Counted from the first letter of the stretch, positions 10,028 to 20,463 are shown. The stretch is 64,000 nt of DNA from Schleiferiaceae bacterium (GCA_038145075.1 JAYQOY010000001.1:63464-127463), one strand, 5' to 3'. Numbers and translations are program-made. Notes: generated by a model from the letters alone, not told the origin.

Positions 10028-11139
10028 AGATCCTACACCTCTGCAACAAAGTACCCTACCCGGGCCGAGACGGAAGCAGCCTGGCCATGGAGGCCTTGAT
10101 ACGGCTCGAAATCAAAGCAGGGCATGAAGTGCACGTCCTCGCCCTCAATACCGACAAGCACTTTGTTTCCCATCCTAAAGCGCCTGCGGGAATTCGTTTT
10201 GAAGCCCCAGCCGTGCGGGTATCGCCCAGCCTACGTGGATTGATCGGGCACCTCCTCCATCCCGCCTCCTACTTTGCAGCGCGCTTTGACCATGCCACCG
10301 TGCGTCACCGCATTTCGGTGCTGGCGGCTGAGGTTGACCTTATCGTCGTGGATTCCTTGTTCATGGCGGTTTACCGCATGGCATTTGGCCAAACACCGTG
10401 GATCCTTCGCGCCCACAATGTGGAACATCAAATTTGGGAACGCACCTTGGAAGGCATGGCCTGGAGTCCTAAAAAAGTCTTCACCGCCTGGCAAACCCGA
10501 CGCCTGAAGCGCTGGGAAAGCTTGATGCTGCAAGGCACCGAGGTCTGGGCTATTTCAGAAGAAGATGCCGTGGCCCTTCGCCGTATGGGTGCGAAATCCG
10601 TGCGCACCCTGCCCTGTACCTATGACGTAGATGGACCCTGGACCTCCAGCGGTGCGGCGGCCAGCGGAGTCTACCACCTCGGTGCTTTGGATTGGTTGCC
10701 CAATGTGCAAGGTCTGCAATGGTATTTGGAGCAGGTTCACCCCCATGTGCAAGTTCCTGTGACCGTGATTTCGCGCCACTGGCCTGCGCAGTTGCATACA
10801 CCCATCGGCCTCACCCACCTCTCTCGATTGGAAGACGGTTTTTCCTTTGACGCCCACGGGATTTTTATCGCACCCATTTTGTCGGGAAGTGGTATGCGCA
10901 TCAAGCTGCTGGAAGCCATGGTACGAGGCAAGGCCATTGTAACCACCTCAATTGGTGCTGAAGGACTGGAAAACGCCCCTGGAATAGCGGTTGCCAACGA
11001 TCCTGTTGCTTTTGCAGAGGCCATTCAGCGCTTGGTAGACGACAAAGACTTCCGTTTAGCCCAAGGGGCCGCAGCGCAGGCCCATGCGCGTGCTACCTTT
11101 GCAGACGACGCTTTTGTGGCGTCTATGCATGCTTTGTGA
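10024..11139 (+). CDS. glycosyltransferase family 4 (GT-B)
   Basis: 371 aa. The N-terminus is MKILHLCNKVPYPGRDGSS. The C-terminal nucleotide-sugar region is GSGMRIKLLEAMVRGKAIVTTSIGAEG. The start overlaps the stop of the preceding gene (ATGA). Confidence 0.75.
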   Translation: MKILHLCNKVPYPGRDGSSLAMEALIRLEIKAGHEVHVLALNTDKHFVSHPKAPAGIRFEAPAVRVSPSLRGLIGHLLHPASYFAARFDHATVRHRISVLAAEVDLIVVDSLFMAVYRMAFGQTPWILRAHNVEHQIWERTLEGMAWSPKKVFTAWQTRRLKRWESLMLQGTEVWAISEEDAVALRRMGAKSVRTLPCTYDVDGPWTSSGAAASGVYHLGALDWLPNVQGLQWYLEQVHPHVQVPVTVISRHWPAQLHTPIGLTHLSRLEDGFSFDAHGIFIAPILSGSGMRIKLLEAMVRGKAIVTTSIGAEGLENAPGIAVANDPVAFAEAIQRLVDDKDFRLAQGAAAQAHARATFADDAFVASMHAL

Positions 11140-11143
11140 GCGT

Positions 11144-12394
11144 ATGGAATCCCGGATCTACTTAGACCTCTTTGTTTGTTGCTACTTGCTAGTAATGGGA
11201 CTTGGCGTGGCTATTCTTGCAGGCAGTATTCCATACGCGCTTTTTCCAGGGATGGTGAGGCTTTGGCATTTTGTAAAACGGCCTAAACCCACTCCCACCG
11301 CCTATGATGTTCCCAGAGACCAGGAATGGCCCTCCGTGGATCTCGTCTTTGCCGCCTACAACGAGGAAGCCGTTCTGCGTGAAAAACTCGCCAGCCTTCA
11401 AAACCTGGACTACCCTCGAGATCGCCTAACGGTGTGGGTGGGTTCCGACTGGAGCAACGATGGGACGGAGGCCATATTGGCCGAAGTGGCCCAAGAGATG
11501 CCCCATTTGAAGTGGGAGCGCATGGTGGAGCGTTCGGGCAAATCCAAGATTATCAACTACTTGGTGCAAAAAGGCCAAGCGGACATCGTGGTGGGCACAG
11601 ATGCCAATATCTTCTTCCATCCGATGGCCTTGAAGCATTTGGTCGCACCACTCGTGCTCGATGACCAAACGGATTTAGTGGGCGGTGAACTGACCTACCG
11701 CGGTCTAGGTCAAGGTGATAGCTACAAAAGCATCGCGACCGAAGAGCGTTCCTACATCGGATGGGAAAACCGCACCAAAGTCTGCGAAGGTGAACTCTGG
11801 GGCATGACCATGGGCGTTGAAGGCGGGTGCTATGCTATTCGTCGACAGGCCTTTACCCCTATTCCGGCCGGAACCTTCATGGAAGATTTTTTCCTGACCA
11901 TGCGGGTTTTCGCAAGCGGAAAACGCGTACAGCATGCGGCCTTGGCGACCTGCACCGAAGATGTGAGCAACGATGCACACATGGAATACCGCCGAAAAGT
12001 CCGCATCAGCCACGGCAACTGGCAGAACATCTTTAGATACCGGATGCCTTGGACGCTTCGCTCGTTGGGCGTTACGCTGGCATTTGTGGGTCATAAACTG
12101 CTTCGGTGGGTCTTCCCGCTGATCGTCAGTGCCGCACTTCTGTCCGAATTGGCTGCGGGCCTCTACTATCAAGAATATGTGCTGGTCGCCTGGAACCTCC
12201 TAACCTTTGGCACCGTGGCGGCGTTTCTGCTCTATCCACGCACGCTCTTGCCAAAAGTCCTAGCCAAACGCATCAAACCCCTTTCCTATTTTACCTGGAT
12301 GAACATAGCCCTAATTCACGGGTTAGTCCAATTCCTGCGCAGCCCACGGAACACGTCCGGGGTATGGCAGCCTACAAAGCGCAACAATCAATGA
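11144..12394 (+). CDS. membrane-anchored glycosyltransferase family 2
   Basis: An N-terminal TM is followed by GT-A motifs ([32 protein letters not shown]) and C-terminal TM helices. I prefer ATG 11144, 5 nt after the upstream stop, over the overlapping extension from 11084. Confidence 0.75.
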   Translation: MESRIYLDLFVCCYLLVMGLGVAILAGSIPYALFPGMVRLWHFVKRPKPTPTAYDVPRDQEWPSVDLVFAAYNEEAVLREKLASLQNLDYPRDRLTVWVGSDWSNDGTEAILAEVAQEMPHLKWERMVERSGKSKIINYLVQKGQADIVVGTDANIFFHPMALKHLVAPLVLDDQTDLVGGELTYRGLGQGDSYKSIATEERSYIGWENRTKVCEGELWGMTMGVEGGCYAIRRQAFTPIPAGTFMEDFFLTMRVFASGKRVQHAALATCTEDVSNDAHMEYRRKVRISHGNWQNIFRYRMPWTLRSLGVTLAFVGHKLLRWVFPLIVSAALLSELAAGLYYQEYVLVAWNLLTFGTVAAFLLYPRTLLPKVLAKRIKPLSYFTWMNIALIHGLVQFLRSPRNTSGVWQPTKRNNQ

Positions 12395-13509
12395 GCCCCT
12401 CCCCTTTTAGTTCGATCGAAGAAGCTTTAGCCGATTTGGCTAACGGCAAGATGGTGATTGTCGTAGACGACGAAGACCGCGAAAACGAAGGGGATCTACT
12501 GGCAGTGGCAGAAGGAATTACGGCGGAAACCATCAACTTTATGGCCACCCACGGTCGGGGCTTGATTTGCGCCCCACTGCCCGATCACCGCTGCGATGCC
12601 TTGGGCCTTAGGCCTATGGTTCAGCACAACACGGACCCCCATGAAACGGCCTTTACGGTGTCCGTGGATTTGAAGGGAAATGGTGTAACGACCGGCATTT
12701 CAGCCCTAGACCGCGCAAAGACGGTTCAAGCCCTGGTGAACGCAGAGAGCCGCCCCGAAGATTTCCAACGTCCCGGCCATATTTTCCCGTTGCGCGCCCG
12801 TCCAGGGGGCGTTTTGCGCCGGGCGGGGCATACAGAGGCGGCGATTGATTTGGCCCGTTTGGCCGGCAAGCAACCTGCCGGTGTGATTGTCGAAATCATG
12901 AACGAAGACGGAAGCATGGCTCGCCTGCCCGAACTCATTCAAATGAGTCATAAATGGGGACTGAAGCTCGTCACCATTGAGCAGCTCATTGCCTACCGGA
13001 TTGAGCGTGAATCCCTCATCGTACTGAGAGACCAATGGACGGTTGACACGGAACAAGGACCCTTTGACCTTCACGTCTTTGAGCAGACCACGACGCATCA
13101 GGTGCATCTTGCCTTAAGCCGAGGCACTTGGACATCCGATGAAAGAATCCTGGTGCGCATGCAGTCGGGAGAACGCCGTGGCAGCATTTTGGACGATTTA
13201 CAGGGCGGGAAAAGTCCCTTTGTCCATGTGCAACGTGCGCTTCAAAAAGTGGCGAAGGCAGGAAAGGGCGTAGTGGTTTGCATGAACCAGCGTCCGGGTC
13301 AGCCTAGCGTAGAAGACTTTGTGTCTCAGCTGCGAGGTAACCGCCACGAGCAACCCTCGTTTGGGAAGGATCCGTTGGATTATGGCGTGGGCGCCCAGAT
13401 TTTACGCCATCTCGGTGTACAGCACATCACCTTGCTCACCAACCATCCTATGAAGCGTGTGGGGATTGAGGGCTATGGACTGCACATTGAGGCCAATCAG
13501 ACGCTCTAG
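12391..13509 (+). CDS. ribB: 3,4-dihydroxy-2-butanone-4-phosphate synthase with a degenerate GTP cyclohydrolase II-like C-terminal domain (RibBX-like)
   Basis: The N-terminal half carries [13 protein letters not shown] and [10 protein letters not shown] (DHBP synthase). The C-terminal half aligns to RibA but contains a single Cys (VVVCMNQ). It has [15 protein letters not shown] where I recall RibA having VRVHSECLTGD. The start overlaps the GT2 stop (ATGA). Confidence 0.8.
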   Translation: MSPSPFSSIEEALADLANGKMVIVVDDEDRENEGDLLAVAEGITAETINFMATHGRGLICAPLPDHRCDALGLRPMVQHNTDPHETAFTVSVDLKGNGVTTGISALDRAKTVQALVNAESRPEDFQRPGHIFPLRARPGGVLRRAGHTEAAIDLARLAGKQPAGVIVEIMNEDGSMARLPELIQMSHKWGLKLVTIEQLIAYRIERESLIVLRDQWTVDTEQGPFDLHVFEQTTTHQVHLALSRGTWTSDERILVRMQSGERRGSILDDLQGGKSPFVHVQRALQKVAKAGKGVVVCMNQRPGQPSVEDFVSQLRGNRHEQPSFGKDPLDYGVGAQILRHLGVQHITLLTNHPMKRVGIEGYGLHIEANQTL

Positions 13510-16500
13510 GGCTGACTTTTCGAACGCAATCGCTGCCAGAGCTGACTCCAGCTTGATCCACTTAGTTGCAACTGGACACCAAGGCCTTGTTTTTGAGCCA
13601 CAGGTTGTCCGGTAAAGGCCATGTCGGCATTTCGGACCGAATACGCCTGCGCTAACCAACGACCATCTTCTGACAAGCGGTAGGTCAGCGTCACATCGCC
13701 TAGCCCTAAGGACGTCTGACGAGCACCCACGGGAATACCTAACTCGGTTTGAATTTTCAGCCGATCGTCCATAAAACTTCGACCAATACTGGCGTCCATT
13801 TGGCGTTGCAGCGTCTGCGCATCATTGGAGTAGGCCAACTGCACGTCCCAGTTGCTGCCAAGCCCTTGCGACATGAAATTTGAGAACTGCTGGGCGAGTA
13901 CTTGAGTGGTATTGGTTTCCACCGCAGAAACTCCCGTCGAAGACCAGCCTTGTTGCTGGTCCCAGAAACAATGCAACGTCAGCAAACTAAGGACTTGTGT
14001 GGTCTTTTCATCCGACGATACTAAGCGGCTTTGCAATGCTGCCTGTGTCGCACTGCCAGCTGTCGGTAGGGCAATATCAAAACCCAAGTTGGGCTGCATG
14101 AGGTCGTCCGTCACATGCAGTTTGACATCCACGGGTAGGCGCTCCTGGCTACTCAGTCCCAGATAGGGCCCGGGATTAGTGCGGGTTTTATAAACGGCTG
14201 TAAGATCTACTTGGGCATGGTAGGGATCTCCCGACCAGGTGAGGTTGGCTCCGGGTTCTACCGAGAAGGGCTTGTTGATCAAGTTCTCCAATGTAAAGAG
14301 GTAGGTGCCTTTGTTGAGTGTCAACATCCCATTCATTTGCAAGTCGCCACTGTTGGGGTAGTCAATGCTCAGTTCGCCTTGTCCTTGACCTTCTAGTATG
14401 TCGCCGACCGTTTCGTCTAGGATGATTCGGGCTGTAATGGCGGGCGTTACATGAACCTTAAGCCCCATGTCGAAGCGAAAATCCGACTTGACCTCCGTAG
14501 TAGCCAGGCCAAGCGCTGTGGCTTCTCGTTTTTTGAACGACATGAAGCCTACATCGTCGAGGGTAACGGGCGCGTCCAAAGGAAGCACGAACAGGGAGGA
14601 ATCCAAAGGGCTTGCCTCGAGGTCCAAGCGCAGACCCGAAAAACCTCCTGAAAGCCGCCCCTCGCCTTTTGCTCGAACATGTCCGTAGAAATTCTCTCCG
14701 CGTTCTAAATCCACCGCCAGAAAACGGCCGCTAGTGAAGAGGAAATCTACAGTTTTACCCGGGGGTGCTTTAAAGTCCACCTTGCCATTTACAGCCAAGG
14801 CCCCAATGCCTTTTTGGTCTCTTAGAGGGCCTTGCAAGGTCAAGGTCTTACCCCGGAGGCTCAAGCGTGGACTTCCTTCGTAGCGAACACCTGTAATGGG
14901 CAATGTGAACGCCGCATTTTCAAGGCGACCGCTGCCAGAGCCCACAAAATCCCCATTTATTTCGCGTAGACCTAGTTCTGCCGTGAGTTGCCCTGCCCAG
15001 TCTTCCAAACTACCTTCCGTAAAGCCGTTCAACAGGTTCAGGGGAAGTCGGTCGATGGTGAATTCCATGTCCCACGTGGGATTTCGCTCGCCTGTGGCCG
15101 TGAACCACAAAGAATCTTGACCGGGCCAACCCGCCAAGGCCTTCATGGCTACTTTCCCTGTTTCCATATCCACGTCCCATTGGGATTCCATGGTTCCCAG
15201 TGAGCGCTTATCCACCAAGAGTTCAGGTATCCAGGCATCGGCACTTGTCTGCCACTGCCCTATGGCTCCTGCAAAGATGAACTGCCCCCAAAGCTCGCCT
15301 TCGATGGGAAGTTCGGGCAAGCCAAATGCCTGTGTCCAAACCGCCAAGGGTAAGGCCTCCCATTGCACGCGCAGCACTTCATTGGGATCAGGGCTCAATG
15401 CCCCCACCAGGCCGATGGCACCTGCTTCTCCCGACCATACTAAGGCGTCATTAAATGCAAAGCGCTGCCGGTCCCAGTCGTAGACTAAACGCTTGCCCCC
15501 TGAAAATTCCCCCTTGCGGCCTTGAATTTTTAGGGTACTCGGCAACAACTCCCCTTTCCATACCGTAGCTCCCCGTTCTAGGGCCAGGTTCATGTCCGAA
15601 GCAACTCCGACATCGCGGGCTTTGAAGGCTATTTGAAGCCGGTCTTTTTGGTCTTTCCTACTAAACCAATGCAGCCCTGCATCGAGTGCTTCCGTTTTTA
15701 GGCTGAGGTGCGTTTCCGTCGGTCTAAAGCCCTGAAGGGGGGACGAACTCTCAAAGGTCCAAGGCCCACCGGCCAGGTTCCCTGAAGCCTTGAGCTGCTG
15801 GTAGCCTTTTTTGCGCGCATAGTTCGCCTCAAACCCTGGTCCTGCGACGGACACCTCTTGAATTCCTTGTTGCGCCCCCCACTGAAAACGGCCTTCCAGC
15901 CACGCATTCAAGGCTCCAGGTACGTCCGAGGGAAGTTCCTCTACGTTCCAAGTCAACGGGCCTTGGCTGCTTTTCAAGCTCGCCCTGAAATCGCCTACGC
16001 GCGCTTCCAGGCTATGGTTGCCCGCTTGAGAGGCGTGCCAGTCTAGGAAGAGGGGCGAATACCCCGCATCCAGAGCATTTTCAAGGTGCGCACTTCCGCC
16101 GTTTGCCCATGAAAAATAGCCGGACACTTCGCCTTGAACAGGCAAACCCAGGCCTTCCAGCCAGGTGGTATTTTCATTCCAGTTCCATGACAGTAAGACC
16201 TTCTCTTGTTGCAAAAGGAAATTCCCCTCCAGACGCTGAATGTGAGGCTGTTGAAGGCCTATAACCACGTTGAGTTCAGCCAAATCCCCGGTGCCCTCTA
16301 GGGACCAGCCCTCCAAGGTTTGATCGCCCCAGCGCGCAAGGTCCCCCGCCCCTTGCCATTCAGCGTGGAGCTTAGGGGCAAAGGCTATGTCGGCGCGGAG
16401 GCGTCCGTCCAGGATCAGTTCCGCAAATTGAGCATCTAAAACAGCGCCTTGCCAGTTATTCCAGAGGAAGTCCACCGAAGCTTTTTCAAACGTTCCCGTG

Positions 16501-17387
16501 CCGTTTATATGAGCCAAGCGCCGTTCCTCTTGGTATTCCTGTATATCAAGCGACCACGTCTCCCCTTCGAGCGTCCCTTCTGCGGTCCAGGTCCTGTCTC
16601 GCCAATAGGCCTGTGTGGCCAAAAGCTGCCAAGCCGCATAGCTGGTGTCGCCTTGGATGGCTCCAGAAGCACTACCCTCCCACGTCTTCCCAGACACATC
16701 CCACTGAAGCAAAGGTCCCGTTTCCATGAGTATGAGCTGACTCTCCGCCAGCCAAGCCGCTGTTTCCGCGGTTAGGGTCCATGTTTCCGTCGCAGGCGCG
16801 TAGGCGCCATGCAAGGCCATGGCCTCCAAGCCGTCCAAAGGCAGGGAAAGCACGGCATCCAGCCCATGTGCACCCTGATTAGAAACCTGAGAAAGCGCCA
16901 GGTTGAGCGCATAGGAGGGCGCATTGATGCTGGCTTGGTAGCGAATTCGACCTTGTACGCTGTCTATGTGCCACCAAAAAGGGTCCCCTGTCGTGTCCGT
17001 TGGCAACCATGGATCCACCCAATGGGCCCAGTCCCCAGAGGGTTGGCCTGTAACCACGAGGGAGTCCCAGGTACACGAAGCCAGGTGGAGCACGCCACCC
17101 GAATAGCCCAGCCCTTTGGTTTGCAGTCCATAGAGAACCACGGAATCGGCACCCTTCCCAAGAGCCACACGCGCTAAAGAAACTCCGGTCCAGGGCTCCC
17201 ATTCAAGGCCTTCCCAGTGCAATGCTACGGATTCTTCCAAGGGGTTGGCCGCCACCCATGCACGAAGCCAACGGTCCACGGAGGTGCTGACTCGTTCTGG
17301 ATGCGCCCCTAGCCATGCCACGAAGCTCGCCCCAGCGATCAGGAGGGTTAGGAGCAAAACAAGGAGGATAGAGAGGATTCGGCGCAT
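13506..17387 (-). CDS. translocation/assembly module TamB-like protein (DUF490 family)
   Basis: About 1290 aa with an N-terminal signal-anchor (MRRILSILLVLLLTLLIAGASFVAWL) and a long beta-rich body. Divergent synteny with tsaD is common in Bacteroidota (from memory). I prefer ATG 17387 over 17435. Confidence 0.65.
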   Translation of the reverse strand: MRRILSILLVLLLTLLIAGASFVAWLGAHPERVSTSVDRWLRAWVAANPLEESVALHWEGLEWEPWTGVSLARVALGKGADSVVLYGLQTKGLGYSGGVLHLASCTWDSLVVTGQPSGDWAHWVDPWLPTDTTGDPFWWHIDSVQGRIRYQASINAPSYALNLALSQVSNQGAHGLDAVLSLPLDGLEAMALHGAYAPATETWTLTAETAAWLAESQLILMETGPLLQWDVSGKTWEGSASGAIQGDTSYAAWQLLATQAYWRDRTWTAEGTLEGETWSLDIQEYQEERRLAHINGTGTFEKASVDFLWNNWQGAVLDAQFAELILDGRLRADIAFAPKLHAEWQGAGDLARWGDQTLEGWSLEGTGDLAELNVVIGLQQPHIQRLEGNFLLQQEKVLLSWNWNENTTWLEGLGLPVQGEVSGYFSWANGGSAHLENALDAGYSPLFLDWHASQAGNHSLEARVGDFRASLKSSQGPLTWNVEELPSDVPGALNAWLEGRFQWGAQQGIQEVSVAGPGFEANYARKKGYQQLKASGNLAGGPWTFESSSPLQGFRPTETHLSLKTEALDAGLHWFSRKDQKDRLQIAFKARDVGVASDMNLALERGATVWKGELLPSTLKIQGRKGEFSGGKRLVYDWDRQRFAFNDALVWSGEAGAIGLVGALSPDPNEVLRVQWEALPLAVWTQAFGLPELPIEGELWGQFIFAGAIGQWQTSADAWIPELLVDKRSLGTMESQWDVDMETGKVAMKALAGWPGQDSLWFTATGERNPTWDMEFTIDRLPLNLLNGFTEGSLEDWAGQLTAELGLREINGDFVGSGSGRLENAAFTLPITGVRYEGSPRLSLRGKTLTLQGPLRDQKGIGALAVNGKVDFKAPPGKTVDFLFTSGRFLAVDLERGENFYGHVRAKGEGRLSGGFSGLRLDLEASPLDSSLFVLPLDAPVTLDDVGFMSFKKREATALGLATTEVKSDFRFDMGLKVHVTPAITARIILDETVGDILEGQGQGELSIDYPNSGDLQMNGMLTLNKGTYLFTLENLINKPFSVEPGANLTWSGDPYHAQVDLTAVYKTRTNPGPYLGLSSQERLPVDVKLHVTDDLMQPNLGFDIALPTAGSATQAALQSRLVSSDEKTTQVLSLLTLHCFWDQQQGWSSTGVSAVETNTTQVLAQQFSNFMSQGLGSNWDVQLAYSNDAQTLQRQMDASIGRSFMDDRLKIQTELGIPVGARQTSLGLGDVTLTYRLSEDGRWLAQAYSVRNADMAFTGQPVAQKQGLGVQLQLSGSSWSQLWQRLRSKSQP

Positions 17388-17404
17388 GTACACGAAGGTA
17401 GAGG

Positions 17405-17412
17405 TACCTTTG
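17405..17412 (+). promoter_or_regulatory. candidate -7 promoter box TACCTTTG upstream of tsaD
   Basis: Matches TAnnTTTG and sits inside a short palindrome (aaggta-gagg-tacctt). It lies 4 nt before ATG 17417 and 10 nt before ATG 17423. Confidence 0.4.
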
Positions 17413-17416
17413 CAGC

Positions 17417-18445
17417 ATGACAATGACCTTGCCAAGAATTCTGGCCATTGAAACGAGCTGCGACGACACGTCCGTGGCTACACTGGAAGGCTTCCAGGTG
17501 CGTTCCAATGTGGTCTACACGCAAGTGCTCCACGAGCAGTATGGCGGGGTCGTTCCTGAGCTCGCTTCGCGGGCGCACATGGAGGCGCTCGTTCCAACGG
17601 TGGACAACGCCTTGAATAAAGCGAATTGGACCCTAAAGGACGTGGATGCCGTGGCGGTGACACAAGGTCCCGGACTACTGGGCTCCCTTCTGGTTGGTCA
17701 CAGCTATGCCAAATCGCTCGCCCTGTCGCTGGGGGTCCCCCTGCTCAATGTTCACCATATGGAAGCGCATATGCTCGCCCATTTTTTGGTGGAGCCTGGC
17801 ATTCAGGAAACGGCCATACCCGGATTTCCCTACCTCTGCTTAACAGTGTCTGGCGGGCATACCCAGCTGGTGGTGGTTCATGATTGGAACCGATTTGATG
17901 TGCTTGGAGAGACGCAAGACGATGCGGTTGGGGAAGCCTTTGACAAAGCGGCCAAGTTGCTGTCCCTTTCCTACCCTGGTGGACCCGTGATTGACCGTTT
18001 GGCACAATCGGGCAAACCCATCTTCACCTTTGCACAGCCGCAGATGCCGGCCCTTACCTTCAGTTACAGCGGCTTGAAGACATCCGTGATGCGCAGCATG
18101 CAAGCCCGTGTGAAGGAGGTTCCCGCCAGCTTGACGGTCGAACGCGCCGATTGGTGTGCCAGCATTCAAGTGGCCTTGGTACAGCCCCTGCTTGAAGGGC
18201 TCCAAGCAGCCAGTCATCAAACCGGCATTACACGCATTGCCCTGGCGGGCGGCGTGAGCGCTAACTCGCATCTGCGCCAATCGTGTCAAACACTGGCAAC
18301 CGAACTCGATTGGGACCTCTACCTCCCTCCTTTTAGCTACACGACGGACAATGCAGCTATGGTAGGTGCAGCGGGCTACTTTGCATACCAACATCAGCGC
18401 TATGGCTCCATGAGCAGCGCGGCAAAAGCGAAGATGCATGACTAA
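17417..18445 (+). CDS. tsaD: tRNA N6-adenosine threonylcarbamoyltransferase
   Basis: 342 aa with ILAIETSCDDTS, the metal-binding motif NVHHMEAHML, and LAGGVSAN. Confidence 0.92.
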   Translation: MTMTLPRILAIETSCDDTSVATLEGFQVRSNVVYTQVLHEQYGGVVPELASRAHMEALVPTVDNALNKANWTLKDVDAVAVTQGPGLLGSLLVGHSYAKSLALSLGVPLLNVHHMEAHMLAHFLVEPGIQETAIPGFPYLCLTVSGGHTQLVVVHDWNRFDVLGETQDDAVGEAFDKAAKLLSLSYPGGPVIDRLAQSGKPIFTFAQPQMPALTFSYSGLKTSVMRSMQARVKEVPASLTVERADWCASIQVALVQPLLEGLQAASHQTGITRIALAGGVSANSHLRQSCQTLATELDWDLYLPPFSYTTDNAAMVGAAGYFAYQHQRYGSMSSAAKAKMHD

Positions 18446-18851
18446 GCAAGTCATTGGCCGATTGGAACATGTGGACTTTCCCACCTTGGAGTGGCTAGAC
18501 GTGGCGTGCCGCGTGGATTCGGGTGCCTACCGCTCCAGTTTGCATTGTGAGGCGCTTCACGTTACGGACGAAGTCCTACACGTCCAATTTTTACCAAATG
18601 GGCCTTGGACGAAGTTTGACAGGTTTGGCCATGCTACCGTTAAATCCAGTAATGGTGGAGCGGAAGAGCGCTTCTTGGTGGACTTGCCCATGCGAATCTT
18701 TGGCACCATTTTTACAGCCTCCTTTACCCTTACCGACCGCACCGTCATGAAGCACCCTGCTTTGCTGGGCCGAACCTTCCTCTGCCAGGGTTTCTTGGTG
18801 GACGTTCGACGCAAAGACGTATCCAAAAAACAAAGCCTCAAGCGCCCATGA
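18438..18851 (+). CDS. RimK-associated retropepsin-like / 'ATP-dependent zinc protease' family protein (DUF785, RimB-like)
   Basis: 137 aa with RVDSGAYRSSLHC, VKSSNGGAEERF and HPALLGRTFL, consistent with COG4067/DUF785. It overlaps tsaD by 8 nt, and its stop overlaps the rimK start (ATGA). Confidence 0.7.
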   Translation: MTKQVIGRLEHVDFPTLEWLDVACRVDSGAYRSSLHCEALHVTDEVLHVQFLPNGPWTKFDRFGHATVKSSNGGAEERFLVDLPMRIFGTIFTASFTLTDRTVMKHPALLGRTFLCQGFLVDVRRKDVSKKQSLKRP

Positions 18852-19759
18852 ACCTGTTGATTCTTTCTGCCAACCGCAACTTGTATTCAACGCGTCGCCT
18901 CGTGACCGCCGCTGAAGAACGCGGCCACATCGTTAAGGTGATGAATGTGCGCAAGAGCTACGCCGTTCTGGCCAAGGGCGAATTGGATATCTACTACGGG
19001 GATCACAAGATTGAAAACGTAGATGCCGTCATCCCACGCATTGGCGCATCGCTCACGGTCTACGGATCCTCCATGCTTCGTCAATTTGAGATGAAGCACA
19101 TTTTCACACCTGTCAGCTCTTTGGCCCTCGTGCGTTCACGTGACAAGCTGCGTGCCTTGCAGATTTTGGCCAAAGAAGGCGTGGCCATCCCTAAGACGGC
19201 GGTAGCCAAGCAGCCTACGGACATTGAGTCTTTGATTAAAATTGTCGGTGGAGCTCCCTTGGTCGTGAAATTATTGGAGGGCACTCAAGGCAAAGGCGTG
19301 GTCCTTGCAGAGTCCAAGACAGCCGCGAAAAGCGTGATTGAGGCTTTTTATGGCCTAAATGCCAATATCCTAGTACAAGAGTTCATCAAGGAGGCGAAAG
19401 GGGCGGATGTGCGCGCCATTGTTGTGGGCAACAAAGTGGTGGCAGCCTATAAGCGCCAAGGCAAAGAAGGCGAATTCCGTTCTAACCTGCACAGCGGTGG
19501 ACACGGATTGCCCATCAAACTCAAAGCCTCGGAGAAAAAAGCGGCGATTCAAGCGGCCCAAGCACTAGGACTTAAGGTGGCAGGGGTCGATTTGCTGCAG
19601 AGCGAACGCGGCCCGTTGATTCTCGAGGTGAATTCATCGCCTGGATTGGAGGGCGTGGAGCGTACGACAGGAATCGATGTCGCGGGTGCCATCATTGAGT
19701 TCATCGAAGAAAACTACCAAGTGTCTAAGCTTAAGAACCGCGATAAAATCGGCGCCTAA
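18848..19759 (+). CDS. rimK: ribosomal protein S6--L-glutamate ligase (ATP-grasp)
   Basis: 303 aa. MNLLILSANRNLYSTRRL, the ATP-grasp core and the C-terminal EVNSSPGLEG are typical of RimK. Confidence 0.85.
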   Translation: MNLLILSANRNLYSTRRLVTAAEERGHIVKVMNVRKSYAVLAKGELDIYYGDHKIENVDAVIPRIGASLTVYGSSMLRQFEMKHIFTPVSSLALVRSRDKLRALQILAKEGVAIPKTAVAKQPTDIESLIKIVGGAPLVVKLLEGTQGKGVVLAESKTAAKSVIEAFYGLNANILVQEFIKEAKGADVRAIVVGNKVVAAYKRQGKEGEFRSNLHSGGHGLPIKLKASEKKAAIQAAQALGLKVAGVDLLQSERGPLILEVNSSPGLEGVERTTGIDVAGAIIEFIEENYQVSKLKNRDKIGA

Positions 19760-20463
19760 TGCACAGCTTCTGGGGATACAGAGAAGGAACGCAGGTTCAT
19801 TTGGACCCCGAAGAAGTCGTACATGCGACCAGAGTACTCCGGCTGGAAGCGGGTACCCAGGTACTTGTTTTTGATGGAAGTGGAACTGTTTACAGGTCTC
19901 GTATTGAGGGCATTAGCAAGAGATCGGTCCATGCTAGTATCCTCGAGGGGCTTACGGAGTATGGCGCGGTGGCTGGGCACCTTCACATCGCCATAGCCCC
20001 TACCAAGAATGTGGACCGCATGCACTTCTTCTTGGAAAAGGCCGTGGAAATGGGCGTTCACGCGGTGACGCCTATTTGGACCTTCCATTCGGAACGCAAG
20101 CACTGGAACGCGGAAAAAGCCTTGAAAATCATGAAGGGCGCCTGCACGCAGAGCCACAAAGGCCGACTGCCACTACTCCACCCGGCACAACCTATGGAGG
20201 CGCTTCTAAAGGGAGCCCAAGAAGAAAAACGCTTCATCGCCACGTGCATAGACAGCCCAAAGAGCAGCCTAGTGGAAGCTTTTGCAGCTGCTCCTATGGC
20301 CTCTTCGCTCGTCCTGATTGGACCGGAAGGGGATTTTTCGGAGGTGGAATACAGCCAGGCGGAGGCGTTTGGCTTTCAGCACGTTCATTTAGGCCCGCAC
20401 CGATTGAGAACGGAAACGGCGGGTCTGTTTGCCGTCGCTGCCTTTGCACAGCGCCCGCTCTAA
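19759..20463 (+). CDS. rsmE: 16S rRNA (uracil1498-N3)-methyltransferase
   Basis: 234 aa with a PUA-like N-terminus and a SPOUT knot region (LIGPEGDFS ... LGPHRLRTETA). It overlaps the rimK stop by 1 nt (TAATG). Confidence 0.85.
   Translation: MHSFWGYREGTQVHLDPEEVVHATRVLRLEAGTQVLVFDGSGTVYRSRIEGISKRSVHASILEGLTEYGAVAGHLHIAIAPTKNVDRMHFFLEKAVEMGVHAVTPIWTFHSERKHWNAEKALKIMKGACTQSHKGRLPLLHPAQPMEALLKGAQEEKRFIATCIDSPKSSLVEAFAAAPMASSLVLIGPEGDFSEVEYSQAEAFGFQHVHLGPHRLRTETAGLFAVAAFAQRPL

Noticed and set aside
12106-12390. N-terminal extensions offered by the ORF track. They overlap upstream genes at ribB 12106, SDR-operon genes 22661/23145/23369/24799, hutH 22070, pepD 51795, bshC 56406, rluA 49172, tamB 17435, nuclease 36291 and guaA 54602.
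   Set aside because: In each case an internal ATG coincides with the start of the conserved family sequence and sits at or within a few nt of the upstream stop, often as ATGA. The extension residues are unconserved-looking and would create long gene overlaps.
12300-12395. An FMN riboswitch upstream of ribB.
   Set aside because: The ribB start codon overlaps the stop of the GT2 gene (ATGA), so the upstream sequence is coding. No conserved FMN-element features were visible.
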